Assembly (NCBI GenBank): GCA_040757625.1
Contig: JBFLWU010000015.1
Span: 7,684 to 71,683 of the forward strand
Source of the DNA: Thermodesulfobacteriota bacterium
GTDB taxonomy: Bacteria; Desulfobacterota; Desulfobacteria; Desulfobacterales; JARGFK01
Direction of reading: 5' to 3'
DNA length: 64,000 nucleotides
The notes beneath the pieces were generated by a model. That model saw only the letters and a list, made by a program, of their open reading frames with translations, ran no database searches and was not told the DNA's origin. Shown here piece after piece: positions 53,859-62,663 of the stretch (within the stretch, counting starts at the first letter, position 1; each line of letters begins with the position of its first letter). A program made the translations under genes and the position numbers.

Positions 53859-55550
53859 ATGAACGAAAAAGAGCTTAAAAACGGAGCTGAAATTATTGTG
53901 GACTGTCTCAAAGCCGAGGGGGTGCGCCATGTCTTTGGCGTTATCGGCAGCAGCATCCTGGATTTGCTGGATGCCCTTTACCGCACCCCGGAAATCAAAT
54001 ATGTCCGCGCCCAGCACGAGCAGGGCGCCGCTTTTATGGCCGACGGTTATGCCCGCGCAACCGGAAAGCCCGGCGTTTGCACCGCCACCTGCGGCCCCGG
54101 CGTCACCAACATGGTGACCGGCATTGCCGGCGCCAACAACGAATCATCGCCGGTTGTTGCGATCCTGGGGGATATCCATACCAGACATTACGGCAAGGGC
54201 CCGGCGAATTTTCACGAGATCGACCAGGAAAACATGTTCCGGCCGATTACCAAGATGAGCAAGCGTATTGAAAGCACCGGCCGCATCGAAGAATTCATGC
54301 GGATGGCGTTTCGAACCGCCCAGAGCGGCCGCAAGGGGCCCGTTTATCTGGGCATACCGCGAAACGTGCAGAAGGAAAAAGCCCCAAGCACCATCTGGCC
54401 GAAGGAAAGCTACCGGTCGGAGGCGGTCGTCCTGGGAGATCCCAGAGCCATCAATCAGGCCTGCGAAATGCTGCAGGCGGCAAAATCCGCCGTGATGCTA
54501 GTGGGCGGCGGCGTGCGCTGGTCGCGGGCGGAAAAGGAAATATTGCAGCTGGCCGAAATGCTGGGAATTCCGGTTGCGGCCAGCCATAAGGGCTTTGTGA
54601 CCGAGGATCACCCTTGGTCGGTGGGCGTGGTGGGGATGACCGGCAACCCGGTGGCAATGGATGTGGTGGCCGCTGCCGACGTCATTCTGGGACTGGGGTG
54701 CACCTTTAACCAGGTGACCACCGCCAGCTATACGCACCGCGTCATACCGGAAACGGCCAAAATTATCCAGATCGATATCGACCCGCTGGAGATGGGCAGA
54801 AACTTTCCGATTGCGTTGGGGATTGTGGGGGATTTAAAATCCGTCCTGCAGGAGATGATCAACAAGATCGACCCGAAAGCGGCCCCACAAAAAGAAGAGC
54901 GTCTGAATCAGCTTCTGGCCGCCAAAGAAGCATTTGATCAGCGGCTGTTGTCCGAAGGGGCCGGGTCCGATGCGGCGCCCATCAACCGGCTGCGCCTGAT
55001 GCGGGATCTCGGCAAGGTCATCGACAAGAATGCGATTGTATCGGCTGAGTCCGGTTCCACCCACGGTTGGTTTTATTACGGTTTCAAGAGCTATACCCCC
55101 CTGCTGGAGCCCGGGGATCTGAGCTGTATGGGCAGCGGCTGGTGCATGGCAATGGGGGCCCATTTTGCGTTTCCGCAGCGGCAGGTGGTGTCTTTCATCG
55201 GAGACGGCGCTTTCATGATGACCCTCAACGAGCTGGCAACGGCGGTGGATCATAAGATTCCCATCGTGGTGGTGGTTGAGCACAACGGGGTATACGGCAA
55301 CGTGCGCCGCAAGCAGATCGAACATTTTGACAAGCGTTTTGCCGGCAGCGAGCTTTATATTCCGGATCTTGCCAAAGTGGCCCAGGCTTTCGGCGCTTAC
55401 GGCGAGCGGGTTGAAAAGCCGCAGGAAATCATCCCGGCCATGGAAAGGGCATTGTCATCCGGCCTACCGTCGGTTCTGGACGTTATTGTCGATAACTCCT
55501 GGGAGAGTCTGGAGCCCTCCGTCAAGCTTCGCGTTAAGGACCGGTATTAA
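53859..55550 (+). CDS. thiamine-diphosphate-dependent enzyme (acetolactate-synthase-like)
   Basis: 563 aa. GAEIIVDCLKAEGVRHVFGVIG and GDGAFMMTLNELATA...HNG. Confidence 0.9.
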   Translation: MNEKELKNGAEIIVDCLKAEGVRHVFGVIGSSILDLLDALYRTPEIKYVRAQHEQGAAFMADGYARATGKPGVCTATCGPGVTNMVTGIAGANNESSPVVAILGDIHTRHYGKGPANFHEIDQENMFRPITKMSKRIESTGRIEEFMRMAFRTAQSGRKGPVYLGIPRNVQKEKAPSTIWPKESYRSEAVVLGDPRAINQACEMLQAAKSAVMLVGGGVRWSRAEKEILQLAEMLGIPVAASHKGFVTEDHPWSVGVVGMTGNPVAMDVVAAADVILGLGCTFNQVTTASYTHRVIPETAKIIQIDIDPLEMGRNFPIALGIVGDLKSVLQEMINKIDPKAAPQKEERLNQLLAAKEAFDQRLLSEGAGSDAAPINRLRLMRDLGKVIDKNAIVSAESGSTHGWFYYGFKSYTPLLEPGDLSCMGSGWCMAMGAHFAFPQRQVVSFIGDGAFMMTLNELATAVDHKIPIVVVVEHNGVYGNVRRKQIEHFDKRFAGSELYIPDLAKVAQAFGAYGERVEKPQEIIPAMERALSSGLPSVLDVIVDNSWESLEPSVKLRVKDRY

Positions 55551-55607
55551 TAAATTTTTAATTATTTCAGGATTCAGAGAGTATTTTATACGTTCTTCGA
55601 TCCGGTC

Positions 55608-55930
55608 TGGGACAGCCTTCAGGCCCCGTGAGGCCGGAATCAAAGATTGCTGATCTCCGTTCACGCCCCCTGACCGTTGCGCTGCTCCGGAACAGGCAGA
55701 GACGGTCATTGTCGCCGGGGGAATCAGCCCTTTGGAGCTGGTTCAATGGAACTTGAGCGTGATTGCTGCCGGGTGTTAATGATTCGATAAGATGGTTCCG
55801 GCTCTCACGGGGCGTGGGGGCTGTCCCAGGCCGGGCCGCCGGCAAACGGTGAGGAAACGACGGCATACTTCATAGAAGATTATAATTTAACTCTCCGACC
55901 TTTCACTCATTTAGAGTCTATTTTTTTGAG
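55608..55930 (+). repeat. conserved structured element, copy 3 (most complete closing helix)
   Basis: Outer stem CTGGGACAGCC (55608..55618) pairs with GGCTGTCCCAG (55820..55830). Inner stem CCCCGTGAGGCCGGAATCA pairs with TGGTTCCGGCTCTCACGGGG. Same core blocks and TATTTTTTTGAG tail as the other copies. Confidence 0.7.
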
Positions 55931-55968
55931 ATGAATAATTGATAGATACAAACCAGGGGGAGCACGTT

Positions 55969-56613
55969 ATGAGTGATGAGAAAAAGCAACCGGCAGAAGA
56001 AGAAAAGAACGGGTGGGGAATCGAAAAAATCCCTTACCCTAAGGGTGTCGCCTATATTTCCGCGCGCTGGGATGTCTGCGTCGGCTGCGGCGCTTGTGAG
56101 ATGGCCTGTTCCATGTTTCATTACGGCACCGTCAACCGGGAACTCTCCCGGATCCGGATCTACCGTTACCTGTTGCCGCTGCCGAAATCCGTTCAGAATG
56201 TCTGTTCGCAGTGTCCGGAAAAAGAGAGAGAGTGTCAGAAAGCATGCCCGGAAGATCCCCCTGTGATTCATTATGACCCCGAGCGGCAGCATATGGTCGT
56301 TGACGAAGACCGCTGCCTGGGGTCCGGCTGCGGCCAGTGTCGGGACGCGTGTCCGGCCCAGGTGCCGCGGTTTTATCCGCCGGAGCAGGATGTGTCGATG
56401 GTCTGCGATCTGTGTGAAAAAGACGGCCGGCGGCGGCCCCAGTGCGTCGAGATTTGCCCCACCCAGGCCCTGGAGTTTATTTCGCCCAAAATTCCGCACC
56501 ATCTGGAGCGGATTCATCCGGATGAAAAAGCGGCCAGCCTGGCCAATCGGCTCTATCCGCTGCCAAAGGGCAGGGTGATTCGAATGCCCGAAGAAATCTG
56601 GGGAGGCAAATGA
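55969..56613 (+). CDS. poly-ferredoxin-like 4Fe-4S cluster protein (electron-transfer partner of AOR)
   Basis: Trimmed to ATG 55969. Four Cys clusters: CVGCGACEMAC, CSQCP..CQKACP, CLGSGCGQCRDACP, CDLC..CVEICP. Confidence 0.85.
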   Translation: MSDEKKQPAEEEKNGWGIEKIPYPKGVAYISARWDVCVGCGACEMACSMFHYGTVNRELSRIRIYRYLLPLPKSVQNVCSQCPEKERECQKACPEDPPVIHYDPERQHMVVDEDRCLGSGCGQCRDACPAQVPRFYPPEQDVSMVCDLCEKDGRRRPQCVEICPTQALEFISPKIPHHLERIHPDEKAASLANRLYPLPKGRVIRMPEEIWGGK

Positions 56614-56614
56614 C

Positions 56615-58408
56615 ATGAGAGATAAAAAGTTTAAACTGCTGGAAGTGGATTTGAGCAATGAAAAAATTCAAACGGTGGATGTCACCTCAGAAGTGCGCCG
56701 GTTCGTCGGCGGGCGTTCACTGGGCGCAAAACTTTTGTGGGACCGGGTACCGCCAAAAGCAGACCCCCTGAGTGCGGAGAATGTCCTTTATTTTGGAATC
56801 GGTCCCATGACGGGATTGTTGGGATCGGTCACCAATGTCAGCGCCAAGTCACCCCTGACGCATTTGAGGGGCCAATCCAATATGAACGGACATTTCGGCG
56901 TGGAGTTCATCTACGCCGGTTATAATTCCGGCGTTATTTTTACCGGGAAAGCTTCCCGGCCGGTATATCTGTTTATAAAAGACTCCCAGGTGGAAATTCG
57001 GGACGCTTCCCATCTTTCCGGAAAATCCGGCATTGAAACCCAGAATCTGCTTACAGAAGAATTAAAAAAAGAGATTGACGATCAGAACATCCGGGTTGCG
57101 GCCATCGGTCCGGCCGGGGAGAACATGGTGAGAAATGCGGATATCTGTCACGATTTCTACCATCATGCCGCCCGGTTGGGTATGGGTACGGTGATGGGCT
57201 CCAAAAAGCTTAAAGCCGTCGTAGTAAAGGGAACCCGATCACCGGACTACGCCCATCCGGACAAAGTTCTTGAGATTATGAAAAAATGGCTTCACGCCGG
57301 GCGGTTGTACCGGATCCAGAACCGGCGCTGGGGACATACCCAGTCGATGTCCGGCCGCTATTATAAAACCGTCGAGGGCATTAAAAATAAGCAGAAGGGC
57401 TGGGATGACATGTGCGATTTATTTAATCCCGTCCTTTTAGAGCAGCGTTATAAAATCTGGGGGGATGCCTGCCACGGTTGCCCGGTTGCCTGCAAAGTGC
57501 CGTATTTTATGATGGGGCCGCCCCTGGGGCCGTTTGCCGGCGAGCTGCGTCATGACAATGCCGGGGGCTGGAGCGCCAATGTCATGATTCCGGGTTATGA
57601 GCTCCAGGGATATCTGTGCTCCTATGTGGATTATCTGGGTCTGGACGGCGAGGATGTTTCCGGCGTTGTTGCCTGGATGATGGAATGCTATGAAAAAGGA
57701 CTGGTCACCAAAGAGGATCTGGGCGGGATCGATCTGACATGGGGCAATGTGGAGGCTATCTGCGCGCTTTTAAAAAAGATTGCCCATCGTGAGGGTATCG
57801 GCGATGCCCTAGCCGACGGCCTGAAATTTGCGCCGGCCAAAATTGGGAAGGGGACCGAAAAATTCGCCATTACCGGCAAAGGCGTTGCGATTACGTCCTA
57901 TGAACCCCGCGGCAGCATGAAGGATGCATTGGAGCTGGCCGGGACGGCCGTCGGTGAAATTCATGGCGCTAGAGGAAATCCGGACCGGATCATGTTTGAT
58001 TCTTTGACCGGCTGTTCCTTCTGGCGCTCAACCGTTCAGGATATATACGGAAGTATTGCCGACTGGGCGATCCAGGGACTCCATGCCACCTGCGACTGGA
58101 AGTTAAGCCAAGAGGACTGGCGGCTGCTGGAACTGCGGGGAGCCACCATGGAACGGTGCTATTCCATTCGCGAAGGTCATTATGTTCCGGAGCGGGATGA
58201 TGTTATGCCGGAACGGTTTTTTCAGGAGACCATCTACAATAAATACAATGAGCCCAAGAAACTCAATAAGGAAGAATTTCTTGCGAAGAGAAAAGAGCTT
58301 TACCGCTCCTACGGCTTGAAAGACGATGGAACGCCTTCACCGGAGTTTCTTGAACAACTCGGGCTGGAATTTGCCATTCCGGTGATGGAAGAAACGTTAA
58401 AGTCGTAA
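56615..58408 (+). CDS. aldehyde:ferredoxin oxidoreductase family (tungsten/molybdopterin) enzyme
   Basis: 597 aa. Starts 1 nt after the ferredoxin stop. AOR N-terminal block LLEVDLSNEKIQ...GGRSLGAKLLW and the central Cys motif CHGCPVAC. Confidence 0.9.
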   Translation: MRDKKFKLLEVDLSNEKIQTVDVTSEVRRFVGGRSLGAKLLWDRVPPKADPLSAENVLYFGIGPMTGLLGSVTNVSAKSPLTHLRGQSNMNGHFGVEFIYAGYNSGVIFTGKASRPVYLFIKDSQVEIRDASHLSGKSGIETQNLLTEELKKEIDDQNIRVAAIGPAGENMVRNADICHDFYHHAARLGMGTVMGSKKLKAVVVKGTRSPDYAHPDKVLEIMKKWLHAGRLYRIQNRRWGHTQSMSGRYYKTVEGIKNKQKGWDDMCDLFNPVLLEQRYKIWGDACHGCPVACKVPYFMMGPPLGPFAGELRHDNAGGWSANVMIPGYELQGYLCSYVDYLGLDGEDVSGVVAWMMECYEKGLVTKEDLGGIDLTWGNVEAICALLKKIAHREGIGDALADGLKFAPAKIGKGTEKFAITGKGVAITSYEPRGSMKDALELAGTAVGEIHGARGNPDRIMFDSLTGCSFWRSTVQDIYGSIADWAIQGLHATCDWKLSQEDWRLLELRGATMERCYSIREGHYVPERDDVMPERFFQETIYNKYNEPKKLNKEEFLAKRKELYRSYGLKDDGTPSPEFLEQLGLEFAIPVMEETLKS

Positions 58409-58666
58409 GTCCTGAAAATATGAAGCATCGGACTTGCTTTTGAATGGCAATTGAGCCGGTTGCCTAACGGTCGATTAACAGATTATGGGTCAGTCAACAA
58501 TCTGTTTCTCGGCCGTTTTATTTTTTGCGGCACGGAAACGACGTGTAGCAGGCTGCTAGATCCGTTCGTACCGGCTGGTCTCCTTTAGTTGCATGAATTT
58601 AGTTTCCTTTTTGTTGGTCCGTCCGTGTAATGGCATTCGTTCGGTACTCAGTCGTCAACATTTTCC

Positions 58667-58711
58667 TTGACAAGCGAGATTATATATTACTATATAGAAC
58701 CATAGTAATTT
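58667..58711 (+). promoter_or_regulatory. sigma70 promoter TTGACA-18-TATATA with shared 22-nt motif CTATATAGAACCATAGTAATTT
   Basis: -35 at 58667..58672 and the motif at 58690..58711. 21 of 22 positions are identical to 62493..62514. Confidence 0.6.
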
Positions 58712-58843
58712 ATTTGTATCCAGCATCTTAACCGGCAAGGTATTACTATCCATAACACCTTCCCGACGAGTTCTATCCGCCCATGGCAATACTTCCATGG
58801 AGTCGTCGTCGGGTGTGTCGCTAAAGGAAAGGAAAACACGGTC

Positions 58844-59788
58844 ATGGCAGCCACCAAACTCGTATTAAAAACCGCTATCGGCAATTACGGAAATACCAAG
58901 GCTCTGAAAGACGGGGCCGCTTCTGCGGCCGGAATAACATTCGACTTTGTTGAAGTCAGCCCCATCTATAAAGCCTTTCTGGCGATGATCCAGCGTTCGG
59001 AGTTCGACGTATCCGAGATGGCCTTTACAACTTTCCTGGTGGCCAAATCTTTTAATAAGCCGCTCACCCTGCTTCCGATTGTTCTCGTCCGGATATTCCA
59101 TCATGGCACCATCCTGTGCAATGTTAATTCCGGGATTCGCGAACCCAAGGATCTGGAGGGTAAGAAAGTGGGGCTGAGGGCCTACGCCCAGACCGGTCCG
59201 ACCTGGAGCCGCGGAATTCTCCACAGCGAGTACGGGGTGGACCTCAACAAGGTAACCTGGGTGACCTACGAGGGCTCGCACGTCGAGGAGTTTCAGGACC
59301 CGGAGAATGTCGTCCGGGCGCCCGAAGGCAAAAAGATGAACGACATGCTGGTCGCCGGCGAGATCGATGCGGCTATCAGTCCCTATAAATTTGTTGCTCC
59401 GGAGGTTAAACCGCTGTTTGAAAATGCTCCGGAAGCTGAAGCCAACTGGTACCGGAAGACCGGTATTTATCCGGTCAATCATATGGTGGTGGTCAAGACC
59501 GACTTGGCCTTGTCTCATCCGGAGATCTTGCGCGAGCTTTACGAGGCCTTTAAGAAAGCGAAAGCGCTTTATCTGGATCGTCTCAAAACCAATGGGCCAT
59601 CGTCCGCCGACGATGAATTAAAGCTCCGGCTGATGGCGATCGTCGGCAGCGATCCTCTGCCATATGGCATTCGCAAAAACCGTAAAGGGCTCGAGGCCAT
59701 GGTGCGGTTTGCCTTCGAGCAGAAGATGCTGCCCCGGCATTATCGCCTAGAGGAAATATTCGATCCCGCCGTTCTGGATTTTGACTAA
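58844..59788 (+). CDS. 4,5-dihydroxyphthalate decarboxylase-like / SBP-fold protein, second paralog (no signal peptide)
   Basis: 314 aa. SEFDVSEMAFTTF, LLPIVLVRIFHHG and GKKVGLRAYAQTG parallel the blocks of 17603..18592. Confidence 0.6.
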   Translation: MAATKLVLKTAIGNYGNTKALKDGAASAAGITFDFVEVSPIYKAFLAMIQRSEFDVSEMAFTTFLVAKSFNKPLTLLPIVLVRIFHHGTILCNVNSGIREPKDLEGKKVGLRAYAQTGPTWSRGILHSEYGVDLNKVTWVTYEGSHVEEFQDPENVVRAPEGKKMNDMLVAGEIDAAISPYKFVAPEVKPLFENAPEAEANWYRKTGIYPVNHMVVVKTDLALSHPEILRELYEAFKKAKALYLDRLKTNGPSSADDELKLRLMAIVGSDPLPYGIRKNRKGLEAMVRFAFEQKMLPRHYRLEEIFDPAVLDFD

Positions 59789-59789
59789 G

Positions 59790-60046
59790 ACCCTAATTGA
59801 GCGAAAGTTGAGGCTGCCCAGTTTCAAGGCGTCAAAGGGCGAAGCCGTAGTCAGCTACTGCGAGCCCTTTGCAACGCAGAAGATGGGACAGCATCGGCTT
59901 TCCCAATGGGTAAACAAAACAGAGAGATTTTTTTATAAAGATATCTCACTTGCAAAAGAATGATGGGAACAGGCAAATATTGATAAAAAAGAAACTATTT
60001 TAAAATGTTAATATGGCTCTCCGTTTTGTTTACGCTCATTTAGGGT
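59790..60046. repeat. nested inverted-repeat element (MITE-like or structured RNA)
   Basis: The 30-nt right arm (60017..60046) pairs with two separated left segments, 59910..59926 (16/17) and 59790..59803 (13/14). The ~106-nt insert between them folds on itself (59829..59840 with 59864..59877). Confidence 0.5.
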
Positions 60047-60108
60047 AAGACATTCAACAGATAAAGGGCCTGTTGTTACACAGCCGGCCTGGGAAAGGAA
60101 CATTCATA

Positions 60109-61503
60109 ATGGCAACTTACTCGCAAAAGCTGGCAGAGTTTGTCTGCGATTTAAAATTCAAAGATCTGCCGGAGGAAATCCTTCGGCTTGCCCGCTGCAG
60201 CACCATTGACAGCATCGGGGTTATTCTCGCCGGTCATCAGACGGAGTCGGCCCGAATCGCCGTGGATGTCGTCAGATCAAATGGAGGCACGCCCGAAAGC
60301 ACCATTTTCGGATACAAAAGTAAGTTTCCTGCCCACGCTTCGGCCTTCGCCAATGCCGTGGCGGCCCACTCCACCGAGCTCGATGACCATATCGCCCATA
60401 CACGCTCACTCAATCATCCGGGGGTGGTCACTTTTCCGGCCGCTTTCGCCATGGCTGAAAAAGTCGGGGCCAGCGGCGAACAGTTCATGGTCAGCGTTGT
60501 CGCAGGCTATGAGATAAACTCGCGCCTGAACGGTGCCGCCAATCGCGGCATCTACGACCGGGGGTTTCACGGCACCGGTGTTTGCGGTCCCTTTGGTGCT
60601 GCGGCCGCCGCCGCACCCCTGCTCGGGCTGAATCCGGAGCAGCTCGCCAATGCTTTTGGGATTTGCGGCAGCATGGCCGCCGGCTTATCCGAATACCATG
60701 CATCAGGTGCGTGGACCAAGCGGATGCACCCGGGCTGGGCCTGCCAAGGGGGGATTACCGCCGTGGAACTGGCCCGGCGCGGCTATACCGGCCCCCCAAC
60801 GATCCTGGAAGGCAACTACGGTCTTTACAAAGCCTATGCGGGTGAAGGCAATTACGATCTGGATTCGTTGACGACAAACCTCGGCCGCGACTTTGAATTC
60901 AGTTTCATTATCTACAAGCCCTTTGCCTGTGCAGGACAGCTGCATTCGCCGCTGACTGCCGCGCAGCAGTTGTTGAAAGAACACACGATAGATCCGTCGC
61001 AAATCGAGAAGGTGACCGTAAAGACCCGAAGGGAATTGATCCGCCGGTTTACGCTTCCCAGGGAAAACAAACTCCATCCTAAAACCAGCGTGGACGGTCA
61101 ATTCAGTCTTCTGTATTCGCTGGCCGCCTTCCTTTATTTCGGTCGGGCCTTTTTAGAGGAATTCGGCGAAAAAGGCATCAACAACCCCGATGTGCTGGAT
61201 CTGGCCGCTCGAATCGACTGCATCGAAGATCCGGAAATGGATAAACGCTTTCCACAGGAAGAACCGTCTGAAATTACAGTACAGCTTAAAGACGGCGCAA
61301 CCTACAGGGCCTCCGTCAATTTTGCCAAGGGCTCGTTGGGCAACCCCTTGACCGAGGAAGAGCTGCGAGACAAGTTCCGCATCCTTGCCGGCAACGTTTT
61401 GTCCCGGGCAACCGTGGAAAGCATCATCGACAGCGTGTCAAATCTGGAGAAACTTCACAATATCGGGGAACTGACCGGACTGATCACCCCGTTGCAGCAC
61501 TGA
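60109..61503 (+). CDS. MmgE/PrpD-family protein (2-methylcitrate dehydratase-like)
   Basis: Trimmed to ATG 60109 (MATYSQKLAEFV). Family-typical length of 464 aa and blocks DSIGVILAG and HSTELDD. Confidence 0.85.
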   Translation: MATYSQKLAEFVCDLKFKDLPEEILRLARCSTIDSIGVILAGHQTESARIAVDVVRSNGGTPESTIFGYKSKFPAHASAFANAVAAHSTELDDHIAHTRSLNHPGVVTFPAAFAMAEKVGASGEQFMVSVVAGYEINSRLNGAANRGIYDRGFHGTGVCGPFGAAAAAAPLLGLNPEQLANAFGICGSMAAGLSEYHASGAWTKRMHPGWACQGGITAVELARRGYTGPPTILEGNYGLYKAYAGEGNYDLDSLTTNLGRDFEFSFIIYKPFACAGQLHSPLTAAQQLLKEHTIDPSQIEKVTVKTRRELIRRFTLPRENKLHPKTSVDGQFSLLYSLAAFLYFGRAFLEEFGEKGINNPDVLDLAARIDCIEDPEMDKRFPQEEPSEITVQLKDGATYRASVNFAKGSLGNPLTEEELRDKFRILAGNVLSRATVESIIDSVSNLEKLHNIGELTGLITPLQH

Positions 61504-61610
61504 TGACGACGGACGGCATTCGCAGGTCGAAACAGGGTTGGATTGCCGGCTTTCAGATCAGCCCATATGCACCAGTCTTGATGTAATCGTTCTCAATCGG
61601 CGACCATCCG

Positions 61611-62222
61611 TCATTCTTCTCTGCTGATGTTGAAGATGTCGGTCGTTCGGCAATAAGCTTTTCCTCTTCCTCCCAAGCGGGCGATGAGTTTTAATTTGGA
61701 TGCGTCGATTTGGTTTTCAACGATAACGTCATCCCTGATATGAATTCGGACAACCTCACCGATGATGAAATCATTTTTTCGCGGGCCGTCGTACAGGTGT
61801 AAAATCTGCAGCAACCGGCATTCCATGTTGACGGGCGATTCCGATACCAGGGGCGCGGCCACGATGTCTGCCGGCACCGGCGTTAAGCTAGCTTCTTTAA
61901 ACTCATCCACATGGATCGGGTAAGCAGCCGCGGATTTGATCATGGGACCGGCAAGGGCTTCGGTAACCACGCCGACGACAAACTCCTTGCACTCTTCGAT
62001 ATTGACCAGCGTATCTTTTTTCTGCCCGTTGGCTTTTCTGGCGACGGAAAAGCCGAGGATCATGGGTTGATTGCACATGGGAGTAAAATACGAATACGGG
62101 GCAAGATTGTATATGCCGTCTGCACCGATGGTCGCGACCCATGCAATCGGTCGCGGTGCTACCAGATCGGTTAGCAGATCATGAGATTTGTGCCAGTTTA
62201 ATTCCTTGGGATCGATTTTCAT
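61611..62222 (-). CDS. flavin reductase-like (FMN-binding split-barrel) protein
   Basis: 203 aa. VAPRPIAWVATIGADGIYNLAPYSYF is typical of the flavin reductase domain. Confidence 0.85.
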   Translation of the reverse strand: MKIDPKELNWHKSHDLLTDLVAPRPIAWVATIGADGIYNLAPYSYFTPMCNQPMILGFSVARKANGQKKDTLVNIEECKEFVVGVVTEALAGPMIKSAAAYPIHVDEFKEASLTPVPADIVAAPLVSESPVNMECRLLQILHLYDGPRKNDFIIGEVVRIHIRDDVIVENQIDASKLKLIARLGGRGKAYCRTTDIFNISREE

Positions 62223-62470
62223 CGCTGAGCCTCCGTTTCGCTTTAAGTTCTTGTACGTTGTTTTGATAATTTAAATAAGCATATTGCTTCATTCCAAACG
62301 CGTCAACCGTCATAGGGCGGCCGCGTCGGGTTTTTTCGATTGAAACGAAGGCGACCGGCGGCTGAAACTGCGTATTATGATTTCGGCAAACGACCCAGAT
62401 AGCCCGCGCAACAGCGCCTGGACCTATCAATCGGTTGACATGACCTGTCATGAAACGGTTCTGTTTTTGC

Positions 62471-62514
62471 TTGACACCTAAATAATATCATTCTATATAG
62501 AACCATATTAATTT
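62471..62514 (+). promoter_or_regulatory. sigma70 promoter TTGACA-17-TATATA with shared 22-nt motif CTATATAGAACCATATTAATTT
   Basis: -35 at 62471..62476, -10 at 62494..62499, motif at 62493..62514. Confidence 0.6.
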
Positions 62515-62663
62515 CATTTCCGTTAGTCGAATATAGCTGAAGAAGCAGGATCCAAAAACATCATATCAAAACTTGCGGTGTTGTGTAACGACATGATTCC
62601 TGATTTTTGTATTTAAATCAATAGAACAGCCAAATTAGAAAGTTGAAAAGTGAGGTGCGAACC

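Noticed and set aside
55740-55765. The GGTTCAATGGAAC segment of the repeated element resembles a tRNA T-arm.
   Set aside because: There is no acceptor stem, anticodon arm or D-arm around it. The local 4-5 bp stem is broken in copy 1 (GGATCAATGGAAC). It is not a tRNA or a tRNA-like gene.
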